A stretch of DNA of 64,000 nucleotides from Lepidodermella squamata (taxonomy: Eukaryota > Animalia > Gastrotricha): assembly GCA_047495785.1 (NCBI GenBank), contig JBLDXI010000021.1, forward strand, positions 124,001-188,000, read 5' to 3'. Below the pieces are notes generated by a model. The model had not been told where the DNA came from and ran no database searches. It saw nothing but the letters and a program-made list of their open reading frames with translations. Made by a program: the position numbers and the translations under genes. Position 1 is the first letter of the stretch, and each line of letters starts with the position of its first letter. Positions 23,538 to 38,100 of the stretch are shown in pieces.

Positions 23538-26500
23538 ATGATCCTCATATCGCATAAATTTCTACCCGTTGCTGCGTTGTTATTAACGCTGCTGCAGTCA
23601 GCCTTCAGCCAACACAATTTTGATCTCTCTGGCTGTGGCTGGACTAAAGGATGCCAAGTGAACCCGCCCGATTGTTTGACGTCGGGATCACCTTGTTCGC
23701 AGGTCGTAACGTGGCAAACTTCGCCCGAAGACGCGACGAAAGTTCGGTATGAAATGTACGCAAATTATCAATACGATAACAATGGAACACCCGTTACACT
23801 CGGCTGGATTGGCGCTGCTCTATCGCCAAATCCAGCTTCAGTTATGGTAAAAAATTGAATTTTTAGAAAATTCCGGAAAATTAATAATATTTTCCTAGGA
23901 AGGATCTAGTGTTCTGCTATGTCGGCCAAACAAAGCTGTTTTGGCGAAAACTAGGAAATACGGAACCGACCCGTTACCTGACCAATTTGCGACGGCTGGA
24001 TTGTCGTCTTTGAAATACTCATCAACCAGCAATGGTTTTCAGTGTGTCGTAGACCGCTCGATAAAACCGATAAGTGGCCAAGATTCCCTGGCCCTCGATC
24101 AGCCGTGGGTTGTTGCATTCGCCTTTGGACCATACGACTCAACTAACGATAAAGTCAGCAAGCACGTTCGAGCTCGCCGGGCAGAACCGCAGCCTCAAAA
24201 GCTGACCGATTATCCGAAAAAGATCCCGTTCTCAGTGACTGGCTGCGGGTCAGATAAAGGATGCATCGTCAACCCGGCTGAGTGCTTGCAAACAACACCA
24301 GATGGATCTTCGTGCTGGCAAATCGTGACCTGGCAAACTTCACCTAGTGATTCTTCGAAAGTTCGATACGAGTTTTACACGGAAGGGAAATACAATAGCT
24401 CGGGTAATATGGTCGACGTTGGATGGATTGGCTCGGCTCTCTCTCCAAATCAACCATCTGTCATGGTAAAAAAGTTTATTATTATTTTTTTATAAATTTT
24501 TTTCCCAACATTTCCATGTTAATTATTTTTATCTAATTATTTTATTTATTTATTTAGCAAGATTCGAGTGTTTTGCTCTGCATGCGAACTGGAGTTGCTC
24601 TCGCTAAGACCCGAAAATACGGCACTGATCTTTTGCCGGGAGATTTCGCTAAAACCGGCTTGACTTTGATCGAATCAGCGACCATCAACGGCGACTTCAA
24701 ATGCATTGTCGATCGTAATGTTAAACCCGCGGCTGGTCAGGATTCGCTAGCCCTCGATAAACCGTGGGTCGTTGCGTTTGCAGTCGGTCCTTACGACAGC
24801 TCGACTAGCACTGTGAATAAGCACGTCAAAGCTAAACGTGCCGCGCCTGAGACCCAGACATTGACTGACTACCCGAAGAAAACCAGCGGTATTGACGTAT
24901 CGGGTTGCGGGTCGGCGAAAGGTTGCATCCTAAACCCGGCCGATTGCGCGACTACAACGCCTGATGGCTCGAGTTGTACGCAAATCGTGGCCTGGCAGAT
25001 CTCGCCGAGTGACAACACAAAAGTTCGCTTTGAAATGTACACCGAAGGCACTTGGAATGCGTCTGGCGTTATCACGGAGCTGGGATGGATCGGATTCGCG
25101 CTTTCGCCCGATAACACTTCAGTCATGGTAACGAAGAAATCGATTTTTTTAAAATAAATTCGATAAATTGATTTTAAATAAATTGACTAATGTTTTAAAT
25201 TTTTATTAAATTTTTAAAAATTAATTAAAAATTGGAAATGTCAGGTCAAGATTAAATACATTTATTTGTATCTCAGGTGAATTCGAATGCGATGATGTGC
25301 CGGCCGACTGGAGTTGCGCTCGGCAAAACTAGAAAATACGGCGTTGATCTTCTAGCCGGTAGCTTTGCAACCGCTGGCTTGGTCGCAATTGAAAATTCAA
25401 ACAAAAACGGAGCTTTCAAATGCGTGGTCGATCGAGCTATTGAGCCGCAAGCTGGTCAGGATTCGCTGCCGTTGAATAAGCCCTGGGTGGCAGCTTTCGC
25501 ATTTGGACCCTACAATTCGACTACTAACACATTCAACAAACACGTCCGAGCCCGTCGCGCTCAACCGGAGACTCAAACGGTGACCGACTACCCGAAATCG
25601 TCTACCAGCGCTCCTCAAACTACTCAAACAACCCCGTCGAATACTGATCGGCCGAATATCGATCTAACACAGTGCGGCACGAGCAAAGGGTGTTTGAAAA
25701 GCCCTAACGGCTGCACTACGACGAAGGATTGCGAGCAAATTATCACGTGGACAGTTCCAGCAGAGGATACCTCCGTTGTCAGATTCGAGTTGTCGTCACC
25801 GAAAAATGTCAGATCTGAAATTGGTTACATGGCTTTTGCCCTTGCGAAAGATACCGCGTTTATGGTAAAAGACCGTGATTTTTTTAAGGAGGAGTTGTTT
25901 ATTATTTTTTATTTTTAAAGAGCGATGCAAGTGTGATAGTTTGCGGTGTTCAATCAAACTCTGCGGCTATGAGGGCCTATCTATCTCACAATGCGAACGG
26001 GGAAAGCACGCCATTACCCGCTAACCTTCAAACCGGCATCAGCCTCGTTAAATCGCAAGTTACTGGCTCTTACGTGTATTGCACCGTCGACCGAAAAATC
26101 AAGCCGACAAAGGAGCAAGAGGGCAAAGTTTTGCCGCTTGACGGCTTGTGGTACCCAGCGTGGGCCGTTGGACCTAACGCAGCGTCTGGTGATTTGTCAT
26201 ACCACGTAGCTAAAACGCCGTTTTCAAGCAGAATCAACTGCACGGATGCTACGTCATCGGCGTCTTCGGACTCGTCTAAAGAACTGTTGTGGAAACTTCA
26301 CGCCCTTTTCATGATGATTGGCTGGATGATATGCGCTGCCTGTAGCATTTTAACGCCTCGCTACCTGAGAACACATTGGATCTCGACCAAAATATGTTCT
26401 GCTCAAATGTGGTTTGTAGTCCACAGAGCGCTGATGGTATGACAAAATTTCCCCGATTTTTTCAGCTAATTTATCTGAATTTTTTAGATTTCTGGCGTTG

Positions 26501-27277
26501 TTGCTGTCATCATTGGCCTAGTGTTGATTTTTGTCGCTAAAGACTTCAAATTTATTTCGGTAAAATTTCGAATATTTTTTATTCCGTCCCTGTAAATTTC
26601 GGTTTCAGATGGGTCCGTCTTATCCAGGGGCGCTGCACCCAGCTTTCGGCCTAGCTGCTAGTATCATTATGTTTATTAATGTTGGTTTATTAATTCTTGA
26701 AAATTTGAAAAAATAATTCATTTAAATTTTACTATTAGCCTATCGGTGCTATATTCCGACCACATCCTGGTACCAAAAACCGGTGGATTTTCAACTGGGT
26801 TCATGGCATGACAGGCGGCATCGGGTTCATTCTAGCGGCGTGCAACATAATTTTCGGAGCTATTTACGTCAAATCATCAGCTCTTTACCCGCTGATTGCC
26901 TGGGCAGCTGCTCATGTCGTAGTAGAAATTATCTATGTTCTCCTAATGGTGTCGGCTCGCAACAGACCGCGCACAAATACCGATATGCAGCTTCATTCGC
27001 CAGGTAAAAAAAACCGGTTTTTGAGAACAATATTCAAGTTTTTTCAATTTAAATAGGATCAAGCAGTGACCAGTCATCAGATGACCATGATGTAAATGGC
27101 AAGAATAAAGCGAAGACAACCGAGGTATAGTTTTAAATTTTGCTATTATTTTATTTTAAATTTTAAATTTTCCCTTTTATTTAGTACAAGGTATCGACAG
27201 CCGTGTTTTTCATCTATTTCCTTGTTACAATAGGCCTGACGATTGCCGCCACGGTTCTGCTGTTCGTCCAAAAATAA
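23538..27277 (+). CDS. FRRS1/SDR2-like ferric-chelate reductase: signal peptide + 4 DOMON domains + cytochrome b561
   Basis: Four repeats opening with CGxxKGC..P..C..C, then TW, VR(Y/F)E, a Met at an exon end and a late His. b561 domain has four His: KLHALFMMIGW, WFVVHRALM, ALHPAFG, FNWVHGMTG. Confidence 0.9.
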
Positions 27278-28249
27278 TAAATTCTCATCTATAATCATTC
27301 TTAACTTGATGTCTGCCTATATGCACCAGATATGAAGCGATGAACAATCCAGCTTTTATCCTTTATTTTTTGAGTCATTTAGTTTTCCAAAATGCCGTAT
27401 ATTCACCATGCTGATTTCGAAAGACTATGCCGTTTACAATCAAAAATGAAATATGAATTGAAATAAAGATGTTGCCAGAAATTGTTTTTTTTTAACATAT
27501 CGCGGAACGGTACAATTTTGACAAGAAAAAGGTACAACTTTGTAAAAAAAAATGCCAGAAAATCACTTCAGGTGAATTCTTAGCAAATTGTATCACCGCC
27601 TAGAGGGCGATTTTAGGGTTTTCGAGGATTCGATTCTAAAAATCAGCAGTCAATAATGGAACCGAATTCGGGAAAACAAAATCGATACCCTTATTCTACA
27701 GGAGCCAATGGATTTTTAGATATTTTTCCAAAACTTGAGGCAAAGGATTGTTTCAGAATTGAACGATGCGTCTTACCCAGAATTTTACACTGAATTTAAT
27801 GGCTATTTATTTAGAATTATATCGGTCAATTATGGCATCCTTAAAGCTCCGAAAAGAAGTTTTAGGGACATTAAAAATTCCAAAATTTCGTTCCGCTAAA
27901 GCAAATTAGGTTCCGCCCGCGATACATTTGGTTCTGGTAAAAGGAGGACCCTTTTCAAAATCGATGATACTTCAAACCACGTAAATGGAAACTTATCGGT
28001 GCGTGGCAAACGATTTTTGGTCAATTTGCGTACCATTTCAGCTTATCTCAATGGGTTAAATCTGATAAGGAAGCCAAAATAATTACTATTACGCTTATGG
28101 GCGGTATTCACCTACTTCACTGGTCTTGTGTGGATGCTAATCTTCAGCTTTAAATAAGTCAAAACCACTTGGTTCAAATTTTGCACCGAGCAAAGTCCAC
28201 TCTGTATAAATATTTTACTTCAAGTAATTTCGATAATTTTTCGATCCGG

Positions 28250-31200
28250 ATGCGAGAATTTTCACTTCTGCCAGTAATTCTGGCATGTTGCCAGCTCGTA
28301 TCTGGCCAAAGTGGCTTCGATTTGTCTACATGCGGAACTTCTAAGGGGTGCCTTCTGAACCCTATAGACTGCATGATTCGAACCCTAGATGGTTCTAGCT
28401 GCCGGCAAGTTGTCACCTGGCAACAATCCCCAGCTGGTGCAGATAAGGTCCGATTTGAAATGTTCAGCAATATCGTTTGGTTCGGAGCAAATGGAAACCT
28501 CGACATTTTTTGGATCGGATTTGCCTTATCTGACAACCCTAATTCCGTTATGGTAATCCTTTATTAGCTGCGTTTTCCTTATTTTTCGGTTATTTTTCTC
28601 AGATAAATTCCAGTGGCCTATTTTGCATGAAAGATGTTGACACCGGGGTACTTTCAGCGAAACTAGGCAAAATAGCTTCGCGGCCTAAGAAAAACGTAAC
28701 TTTACTCGAGGGTGAGTTAGCAACAGAAGGCTTGACGTCAATATCCACTGAATCATTGAGCTACGGTTTCAAATGCGTGGTTGATCGAGCTGTTAAGCCC
28801 AGTCCAGCTCAAAACGGCTTATCCTACCCTCTAGACGAGCCATGGACGCTAGCCTTCGCTGCCGGTCCTATCTCGACATACTCCAAGGCAATGCAGCAAC
28901 ACTTTTTCCGGCGTAAACTAGACGCGGGCCTTGTGACATTGACCGAAAAAGGCGACTACGCCAAATCAGCTGTACCCTATGTACCTGGCCAAATCGATTT
29001 GAGTGGCTGCGGTAAATCGAAGGGGTGTATTAGGAACCCTCCGGATTGCAGCCCGTCGGATAAATGTACCCAGGTTATCACGTGGGAACCAACGCCGATA
29101 ACTAGCAATCTACGCCCGAGTGAGATTCGGTTTGAAATGATGACATCAACTACCCAGTTTTACGAACCATCGAACCCGACTAATGCCGTCTCGAAATCAT
29201 TGGAATTTATCGCGCTTGGTCTGGCTAAGGCGCCTGGAAGTTATATGTTAGACGCCAGTGTTATTGTCTGCGGTCTTAGCGATACAGCCCCCTCGCCAAG
29301 AGCTTATCTTTCCTACAACAGCCAGGGTTCGAGTAAATCACTAGCCGAAGATGAGTACAAAGACATTCTGAAACTTGTTAGGAGTGATGTTGTAGGCTCT
29401 AAACTGTTATGCATCGTCGATCGTTTGATTGATAATAAGACTGAAAGCGATGAAATTCGGCGAGATGCGACGAGCCCGATCTTCTCCCTCGACCAGCCGT
29501 TGTACCAGGCTTGGGCAGCGGGGCCTAATGAGAACGGTTTCGCGTCATACCACGACAGGTCTGTCCAACCCTTCGCGACCCCAGTCACCCTGACCGATCC
29601 AATCGGGGGCATTCCTACAACCCCGAAACCAAGTGATAAGCTGGATTTGTCGCAATGCGATCAAGCTAAGGGATGTCTTCGCTATCCTGATAGCTGCCAG
29701 TCAGCTGCTGATTGCCAGCAAGTCGTAACTTGGCGGCAGTCTCCTTCAGATCAAGATGCAGTTCGATTCGAAATGATGACCTCTGCCACTTACGTTTCCG
29801 GCAGCTCTGTCAAACCATTAGAATACGTTGCGTTTGGTCTGTCCCGCACCAATCAATTTATGATAGCGGCCAGTGTGATGGTTTGTGGTCTTAACGAGGC
29901 TGGAACTAGTCTAACCACCTACTTTTCATTCAATTCTGACTACAGCAGCACGCCGCTACCTAAAGATCAAAATCAAGTAGGGCTTACTTTGATCGAGAGT
30001 GAATTGAACGGCGGGTCTTTGCTGTGCGTTGTCGATAGAAAAATCCAGTCATCGAACGTTGAAGTATTCCCTCTTGATGAATTATTGACCCCTGCAATTG
30101 CTGTTGGTTCGAACAAGAACGGCTACCTGTCCTATCACGATAGAAAGAATAGTTTCCAAACTAAAATAAACTGCAGCGAACCCTTCTCAGGCGAGATAAA
30201 GCCGGCTACTACAACGCAACCTACCTCAACTTCATTCCCTAACATCGATTTAACGAAATGCGGTAGGGAGAAGGGATGCCTTAAAAACCCAGAGGATTGT
30301 ACTGATAGCAAAACCTGTAAACAAATGATAACTTGGACAATTTCACCCGATGATTCATCATCGGTTCGTTTCGAAATTTCAACACCTAGACGTTACGCTT
30401 CGGACAACAACATCGAATATGTCGCGCTTGCTTTGGCCGAAGGGAGGAACACTTTTATGACTAACGCGAGTGTCTTGGTTTGCGGATTGAGTCCTGGCGG
30501 TAGTTCACTTAGGGCCTATTTGTCTCATAATGAGAAAACAACTAGCACGCCCCTTCCTACCGCGATTTACCAGACTGGAGTGACCATGATTAGGGCAGAC
30601 GTTACGAGTTCCTATATTCTATGTGTCATCGATCGCAAGATTCGCTCGACAACCCCTGGTCATGCTGGTAAAGTTTTCCCGTTAGATGAACTTTGGTACC
30701 CAGCCTGGGCTGTTGGTTCAAACAACGCGAATGGTTACCTGACATATCACTCTTCAAAACAGCCGTATAATTCGCCGATAAATTGTACGGATGTCACATC
30801 AACGGCTGCTCCATCTTCAGATAAGGCCCTGATGCAGAAACTTCATGGCGTTTTTATGATGCTGGGTTGGATGGTTTGCGTATCGTGCAGCATCTTAACG
30901 CCGCGGTACTTGCGCCAACATTGGAATTCGAAAATCATCTGCGGGGTCGAACTTTGGTTTGCGGTTCATCGAGCGCTAATGGTATTCCTTTAAATCTTTC
31001 TTAAAAAAAAATCCCAAAAATTTATAATTCGCTTAGATTGGAGGGATCGTTCTCGTTATAGTCGGATTCGCTCTCATTTTGGCCGTAAACGACTACGTCA
31101 TAATCGGGGTATGTTTATAGGCTTTGTGGATTGGCTTCAATTAAATTCGAATTTTCAGATTGGTTCCGTTTATCCTGATGCTTTACATCCAATTTTCGGT

Positions 31201-31826
31201 CTGGCATCAATTGTTATCCTATTCCTAAATGTAAGAGATTTTGTAATGAAGGAAATTTCTTAATTTTTCCAATTTTTTCCAGCCCATCGGAGCCGTTTTC
31301 CGTTGTAACCCGGGCGATAAGTACCGTTGGCTATTTAATTGGGGCCACGGAATGCTTGGTGGTATCGGTTTCATCCTCGCTGCTCTCAATATGATATTCG
31401 GAGGCATAATTCTTGAACGAGCCGGATCTCAAGCGGTGTACCCGATCATTGCCTGGGCTGGAATTCACATTGTGGTAGAAATTATCTACGTCATTCTTGC
31501 TTTTTGCTGCCGTAATAAGAAGCCGAGCGTACAGGAAGATATTCAAATGAGATCGTCGCAAGGTATGAAATACAAAATTTGACCTAATTATTTTAATAAT
31601 TATTATTTATTCTCAAGGCTCCTTGCCGGAAAATTTCTATTACACACCTGAAGCACCGCCTGTTTCGAAAAATGTGATTTTTCTGATTTAATATTTTTTG
31701 TTTGTCAATTGAATGGCTCTTTTGCATATACAGATGATTGCATCCACGGCTGTTTTCATCATTTATTTCATGACCAGCGTGGCCCTGGCAACCGCCGCCT
31801 CACTCTTGCTGTTTGCTGAAATTTGA
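28250..31826 (+). CDS. FRRS1/SDR2-like ferric-chelate reductase: signal peptide + 4 DOMON domains + cytochrome b561
   Basis: MREFSLLPVILACCQLVSG signal. Repeats CGTSKGC, CGKSKGC, CDQAKGC, CGREKGC. b561 His motifs KLHGVFM, FAVHRALM, ALHPIFG, FNWGHGMLG. Confidence 0.9.
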
Positions 31827-32589
31827 AATAAGTGGCGAAAAAATACGCGCATTCAAAACAAAACAGCTTGTCATCGATTTCAATTTCCTTTGAAAAATAT
31901 TGTGTTTATCCTAAAATATTCGGCGTCTCAATAAAAAATATTCCCTTATATATAATATTATAAAATAATTTATGCGCATATTTTTGCTTTTAACTTTTGC
32001 GCTCACCCTGAAAGTTCGGAATAAATTTTCGCACCAAAAAGGTTGTACCTAATGCTATCATTATAATATTGTTATTAATTCATGCCTTTCAGCAAGCGGT
32101 TTCGCCGCTAATAAGCGATAGATTTTTTGTTTATTCAAACTGCGGAACAGCGCAGAGTGTTTAGGATAATGTGCGAATAATTTTTCAATGAACAGTTTAC
32201 ATGTTTTTGTTGCAAATTTGAGAAGAGCTCCCGTGGCGGTGTAATTAAACTGGCCCAGTGCGAATGAATTATTTGTTCAATGAAAGCAAGTAGTAGCAAA
32301 TTTCGTCGTACCCGCGCGCGCGTCACCTGGCGTCGCGCTCTTTGTGTTTGGCCAAGACGCGTGCAATAATACAAAAACAAGGCAGTGAGAGAGCACTCGG
32401 TGGCATGTTAGCGTTACGGTACTGAGCATATGCCGCTCGTCCACGCCGGCTAGTCTTCAAGACACCACATGTCGCCGCCAATTTAACTCTTTTCATAAAA
32501 GAAACAGGGGCAAGAAATAATGCGAGCACATTTTTCTCCACCAGAATTTCCTGAATTTTTCAAATTAAATCTTTTTCTTCCATAGGAGG

Positions 32590-35053
32590 ATGGTTAGGAT
32601 CGTTTTCACTGCCCTGACAGTAGCTATTTCCTTCAGCTGCTGTTTTGGCTTTGATTTACTATCAATTAACACCGACGAATGCCACTCGTCAAAAGGCTGC
32701 CTCGTTCAACCTGATGGCTGCTTGGAGACTAAAACTTGCAATCTCATCTTCTCATGGACTAAATCGCCAGAAAATGACTCGTACATCCGATTCGAAATGT
32801 CCGCCCATTCGAAATTTCCAACAGCCGGAGGAAATCGGAAGCCAGTTCGCTATGTCGCCTTTGGACTTGGCGTTGACGGAAAGCACTTCATGGTATATTA
32901 CCCATTTTTTTAATTTTTTGAAATTTTTTGAAATTTTTTAGAGCAATTCAAGCGTGACGGTCTGTTCGTTCGACCTGAATAACCCTGAACCGAAAGCGTT
33001 TTTACTCCATCTCCCCGATCAAAGCAAGACATCAGAAGGCGTTAAGTTAATCAAAGGGGTCAATAAGGACAATCACATGCATTGCGTCATCGATCGCCTC
33101 ATCGAGTCATCGAATCCAACCAAATTTTTCCCTCTTGACGCCAATTGGTACCCGGCCTGGGCCGTTGGTGACCACATCGAGGGTGAAATGAAGTATCACG
33201 GCGAGACAAAGTACGGTTTCCGGGCTGCGGTAAATTTCAGCGACTATTCAAGCGGAAAGCAGTTGAAGGTATTCAACTCTGGCATCAGTTTGCCGCATGT
33301 GAAAGATGGGGCTAAAATCAATTTCGATGGCTGCCTTAATAAAAATCGATGCATTCGCCACCCGGAGGATTGCACGTCGACCGATGATTGCGAACAAGCG
33401 ATTTTGTGGTCTGTATCACCCGATGATTCTAAATCGATTCGCTTCGAATTTTATTCGGCCCGATCTCACAAGTCTAAACATCATGAAGGCGATCAAGTGG
33501 AATATTTAGCTCTCGGCCTTTCTGGCGATAAACATTTCATGGTATGAAAATTTCTAAAATTATCGAATCGATATCATGCTATTTTTCTATAGACGAATGC
33601 CAGTGTTTTGGTCTGTGGCCTGGCTAAGAATGGGACTTCCGCCGATGTTTACTTCAGCCATAACGAGCACAAATATAGCCAGCCTTTGTCTGAAAATTTG
33701 CGAAAAGTCGGATTGAAATTGATCCGGAGTGAAGTTAATTCCGACTCTTTTCATTGCGTTGTCGATCGGAAAATTACGCCAACTGATGATCAAGCTGGGC
33801 TGGTTTTCCCGTTCGATCAAACTTGGCATCCAGCTTACGCTTTTGGTCCGAATGACGGCGACGGTAACTAAATCAAATTTTCAAGAAACGTGTTTGATAT
33901 AATTTCAAAAATATATAGGGCTTTTAACACGTCACTACCGAGCTCATGGCTTCAAACATTGCGACATCGATTTTACAGCTGATGAAGCTCCTTATTGCGG
34001 CAAGAAGACACTTTTTCAGAAACACGTCGCATGGAAACTTCACGGTAAAAATTTCGGCATCCTAATGAATATAAACTGATCATTTGAAATTTTTCAGGAA
34101 TTTTTATGATGATCGGCTGGCTGGTTTGCATTGCCTGTGCTCTATTTACCCCGAGGTACCACCGCAATCACTGGTCCAAAACGGTTTTCGGCGTCGAGCT
34201 GTGGTTTTTGGTTCATCGCGCATTGATGGTTGGTTCATGAAATGTCTAAGCCCGCGGATATTTATATTTTCAAACCTCTAGATCATCGGTATCCTGTTCA
34301 TTATCGCCGGGTTTTTGTTCATTTTAGCCGCTAACGATTTCCTAATTGTCACGGTGAGTTTTCGCGAATTTTCAGGATTTTATTTAATATTATTTTTAAT
34401 TTTAGCCTAGTGGCAAGTTTCCCGAGGTTATTCACCCTTATTTGGGCCTGGTTGCTTTGTCGTTGCTTTTCGCCAATGTAAGTTTTATATTAATTTCAGC
34501 CGAAATTCAAGATTTATCGTGACTTTTTCAGCCGATTGTTGCTGTGTTCAGATGTAGTCCCGGGCATAGGTACCGAGCGATTTTCACTCGAATTCACGGC
34601 CTCATCGGCGGCAGCGCGTTTTCTCTCGGCGCCGTGACTCTGGCTATCGGGGCTTTTATGGTTCAGTCACTTGCCTTCTACCCCGTTGTTGCCTGTCTAG
34701 TGCTTTACTTTGTCGTCGAACTCGCGTTTTACATGAAAATAATCAAGGGCCAAAATTCGGCTCCAAAACCACCGGCTACAATGTACGGCACTACCGAAGA
34801 GCCGCTACCGGCTGAGGTCAGCAGGTCATCTACAATCGAACACGGCAGCAGTTTCAGCTCAACAGCTTCAGTCCTTAGCAACCGAACTCAATCATCTGCA
34901 ATCGTCGATCAATCATCGGTAAAATTTTCGATAAACAATTATCGCAAATTTATCGATTTTTTCCAGGTCAAAATGGCAAGCGGTCTTTTCGTATTTTACG
35001 TTGTCTGCTCATCTCTGTTGGTCGCTATCGCATCAATTTTGTTATTCGCGTGA
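32590..35053 (+). CDS. FRRS1/SDR2-like ferric-chelate reductase: signal peptide + 2 DOMON domains + cytochrome b561
   Basis: Repeats CHSSKGC and CLNKNRC. b561 His motifs WKLHGIFM, FLVHRALM, VIHPYLG, FTRIHGLIG. Confidence 0.88.
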
Positions 35054-35148
35054 ACAAATCCCGTTGTTTATTAAAAAATAAAATTACGAAAAAAAACAAT
35101 ATTTATTTTTCACAACAGAATTGCATGAGATCACAGCAGAAATGATTA

Positions 35149-38100
35149 TTATTCAGATGAGATTTTACGAGATGTTGAGATAATTTTTGTAGACATCAAA
35201 AATGGGTCATTATAAGCAATCGTTCTGGCTATCATCAACGCATCTACAGCTTTTCCACTCGTCAGAGCCACCAGAATTTTGTCGAAATTTTCACGTAAAA
35301 CTAGGTCTAAACGAGACAGATTTTTCAGCCCACGCGGGTAGGAATAAATCGAGGCAAGTAGTTCTAACGCATCGGCTTCACTCAGGCTTTTCAAATCGCC
35401 GGCAGAGCGGAAAATGTTGAAACGCGGCGATTCGTCATGTTCGCTCGGAATTTTCGCCATTTGCGCAAATTTATCCGCCGTCATTTTGCGAATACTCCGC
35501 AGAACTGGTACTAACATTTCGTCGAATTGCGGCCGGCGGGTCGGTTGCGGCGGCGAATAACGCCTCCGTCGACGCGAACTACTCGCAATTTCGTCCAAAT
35601 TTGAGTTGGCGATGTAGTCCGCCGCATCGATTAAACTATTCGCAAATATATTTCCGGGTGAATTTTGGCTCGATTTTTCTGAATTTCGATTCGAATTTAC
35701 GCATTTTTTCAGTAATATACTAACAAAATCTGTCAATCCATTTGAAGGATGGGCGATGCAATAGGCACCAATTGCGAGTTTCATCGACAGATCCATCGAG
35801 TCGAAAACTGCGGGTAATTGCTCGAAAAAAGCTAATTGACTCCTTTCAAGGTAAATTTGCCCTTGACCTCCAACTGATTGACAACCGCAAGGCATTGACT
35901 GAAATTGAGTTGAAGCTTCAAAGTACAAACGGCACCGGTTGTAGGTCAATTCAAGGCATTGGTACCACTCGACGACATCCTCCGCCAACATTTCCCCGAT
36001 TTTTGAGATCAGGCCGTGATTCATGTCCGAGTTTATAATTAAGGTGGCATAAATCGCTCGCCCCAACAAATTCGGCTCAACATTCGAAAAAGAGGCCGCT
36101 CGGAGGCAATTCAGCAAAATTAGCACATTTTCGTTAGAATCAGATACACCCCTCGAAATTTCTAGCATTATTTCAATAATTGTCGACGAGCAAATTAATC
36201 GGACTGTCAATAAATGGCTTGAAGCCGGGTGGCAAGATAGGATGAGTAGTAGAAAAACCGGCAGTAAATTATCGTTCGCTAAACCAGTCAGGCTTAACGA
36301 ATCCAGAATCCAATCAATCGGCGAAGATGGTTGAAAATTCGACCCGGTCACGTCGTGGTAGTGTTTAGTCAACGTGTTGCCCAGGGCGTTGTAACTCGCG
36401 ACTAGGTCTCGCAGTTCAATCGGCACGGAATCGACGGAACTCAGGCCAATTGATGAGAAGGTCGATGATAAATTCGAGCCGGCTAATTCGGGTGATTTCA
36501 GGCCGATGAATAGGAGATTGACGGCGAAATGCAACGCCAGGTGGATGTCGACGGTTCGAGCCGAGGATGAGTTGACCAGGCGGGCTGTTATGCGTTCGAA
36601 CGAGGCCAGCGCGACTGATAGGTAGATGTGGGAGACGCTTTGCGGCGGCAGGATTTTGCTGATTCGCATGTACCACAGGCTCATGTTGAGAGCCCAGGCG
36701 ACCAAGGCGGCTGGAGGACCATTGTCACTGCCTAAAATAATGATAAGAGACGTAATTTTAGCGATTTTAACAGAAAAATAGTAGAATTATATTTTTCAGT
36801 TTTATAGGCTCTTTTGTACAATGCTTTCCATTCAGGGCTTCAAATCGGACTTTTCCGAGATCGGACTGACTTTTACGCAGCTACGTAGCCTGCTTTCACC
36901 TTGAAAGGAGGCATTGCAGCGGCTTGAAAAGCGGTTTCATCAAAATGAAGTATCTTTGAAGTAAATTCAACGAAATAAGGCCCCATCTAAATTTTGCCAA
37001 CACTGTCAACTTTTCTTTGCATATTGACTCATCATAGCGACCCCGATTGCTCAGTCACGGGAGGACCCGAAAATTCACCCAGCGAAAACTTCGACATCCG
37101 TGCCCCGCGTCAACGTTAATGCTCAACGTTTTCATCTATTTCCCAATAGGACACCGACCCAGTTTTCGGGCCCATTGGTTTACGAGCTGAATCATCGTTC
37201 ACGGTAGTGCCAGTCGACGACATTCTCGTACCTCAACTAACATGGAACTTCATTTCACCAACTGATTTAGCGGCGATTCAGCTGAACGAAACTAGACGCT
37301 TCACCGACCCGTTAGGTTTCGTCAGCCAGGAAGAAACCCCAGCGCCTGTCACGCATACAAAAAGCGGCATTGTATGTACTTTTATTACTCCTGATTTGTT
37401 CAATTTTCAGTTTTTCAGAATCGTCCGCTGACAAAAATGGACTTCACTCTAAAGCTATCGCCTCTGGTCAGCGTAAAAATGTGTGTATGGGAAGACCAAA
37501 TTCCCGCCCTCAAACACGCGACCAAACCGAAAATCGTGGCCTTCAAACACGCGACAATTCAGCGCTCGGAAAGTTTCGGTCTTCAGGTCTCCTGCTAGTC
37601 AACCCTGACATAGAAGAAGCCTTAGTGCTGGTACCAATGCGAAAATAACATTTTCACAGTGCATCGTTACTACTCATTTTTCATCATATTATCATTTCAT
37701 TAAACCAGTTATCACATCCAATTAATCATGCTGAGGTCAAGTCATTTCTACGTAATTTGACAGATGTCAATGATCAACTTCTGGATTATTGGCCTTTCAT
37801 TGAGATCGTACATAACGAAAATTCTTGGAACGAGAAAGATCAATGCTACATGGAGAGCTACATTACAATTTGTTTCCGCTATGGGCCGAGCGTTGAGCAT
37901 TTTCGTCAAATGAACGGTGTCCTACAATGGGACGAGTGGCACTGGTCAAACATTCAAATCATACCAACACCAGGTTTCCCTCCCAAGACGATGAAAATCT
38001 TGGAGAACATCTTGTAAGATAAATTCTCAGCTTCAAAAAGGCGAAATTCCTTGGATAACTCTCAAATAGGCGCAGTTCGCAAATGAGTCCAACAAAATTC

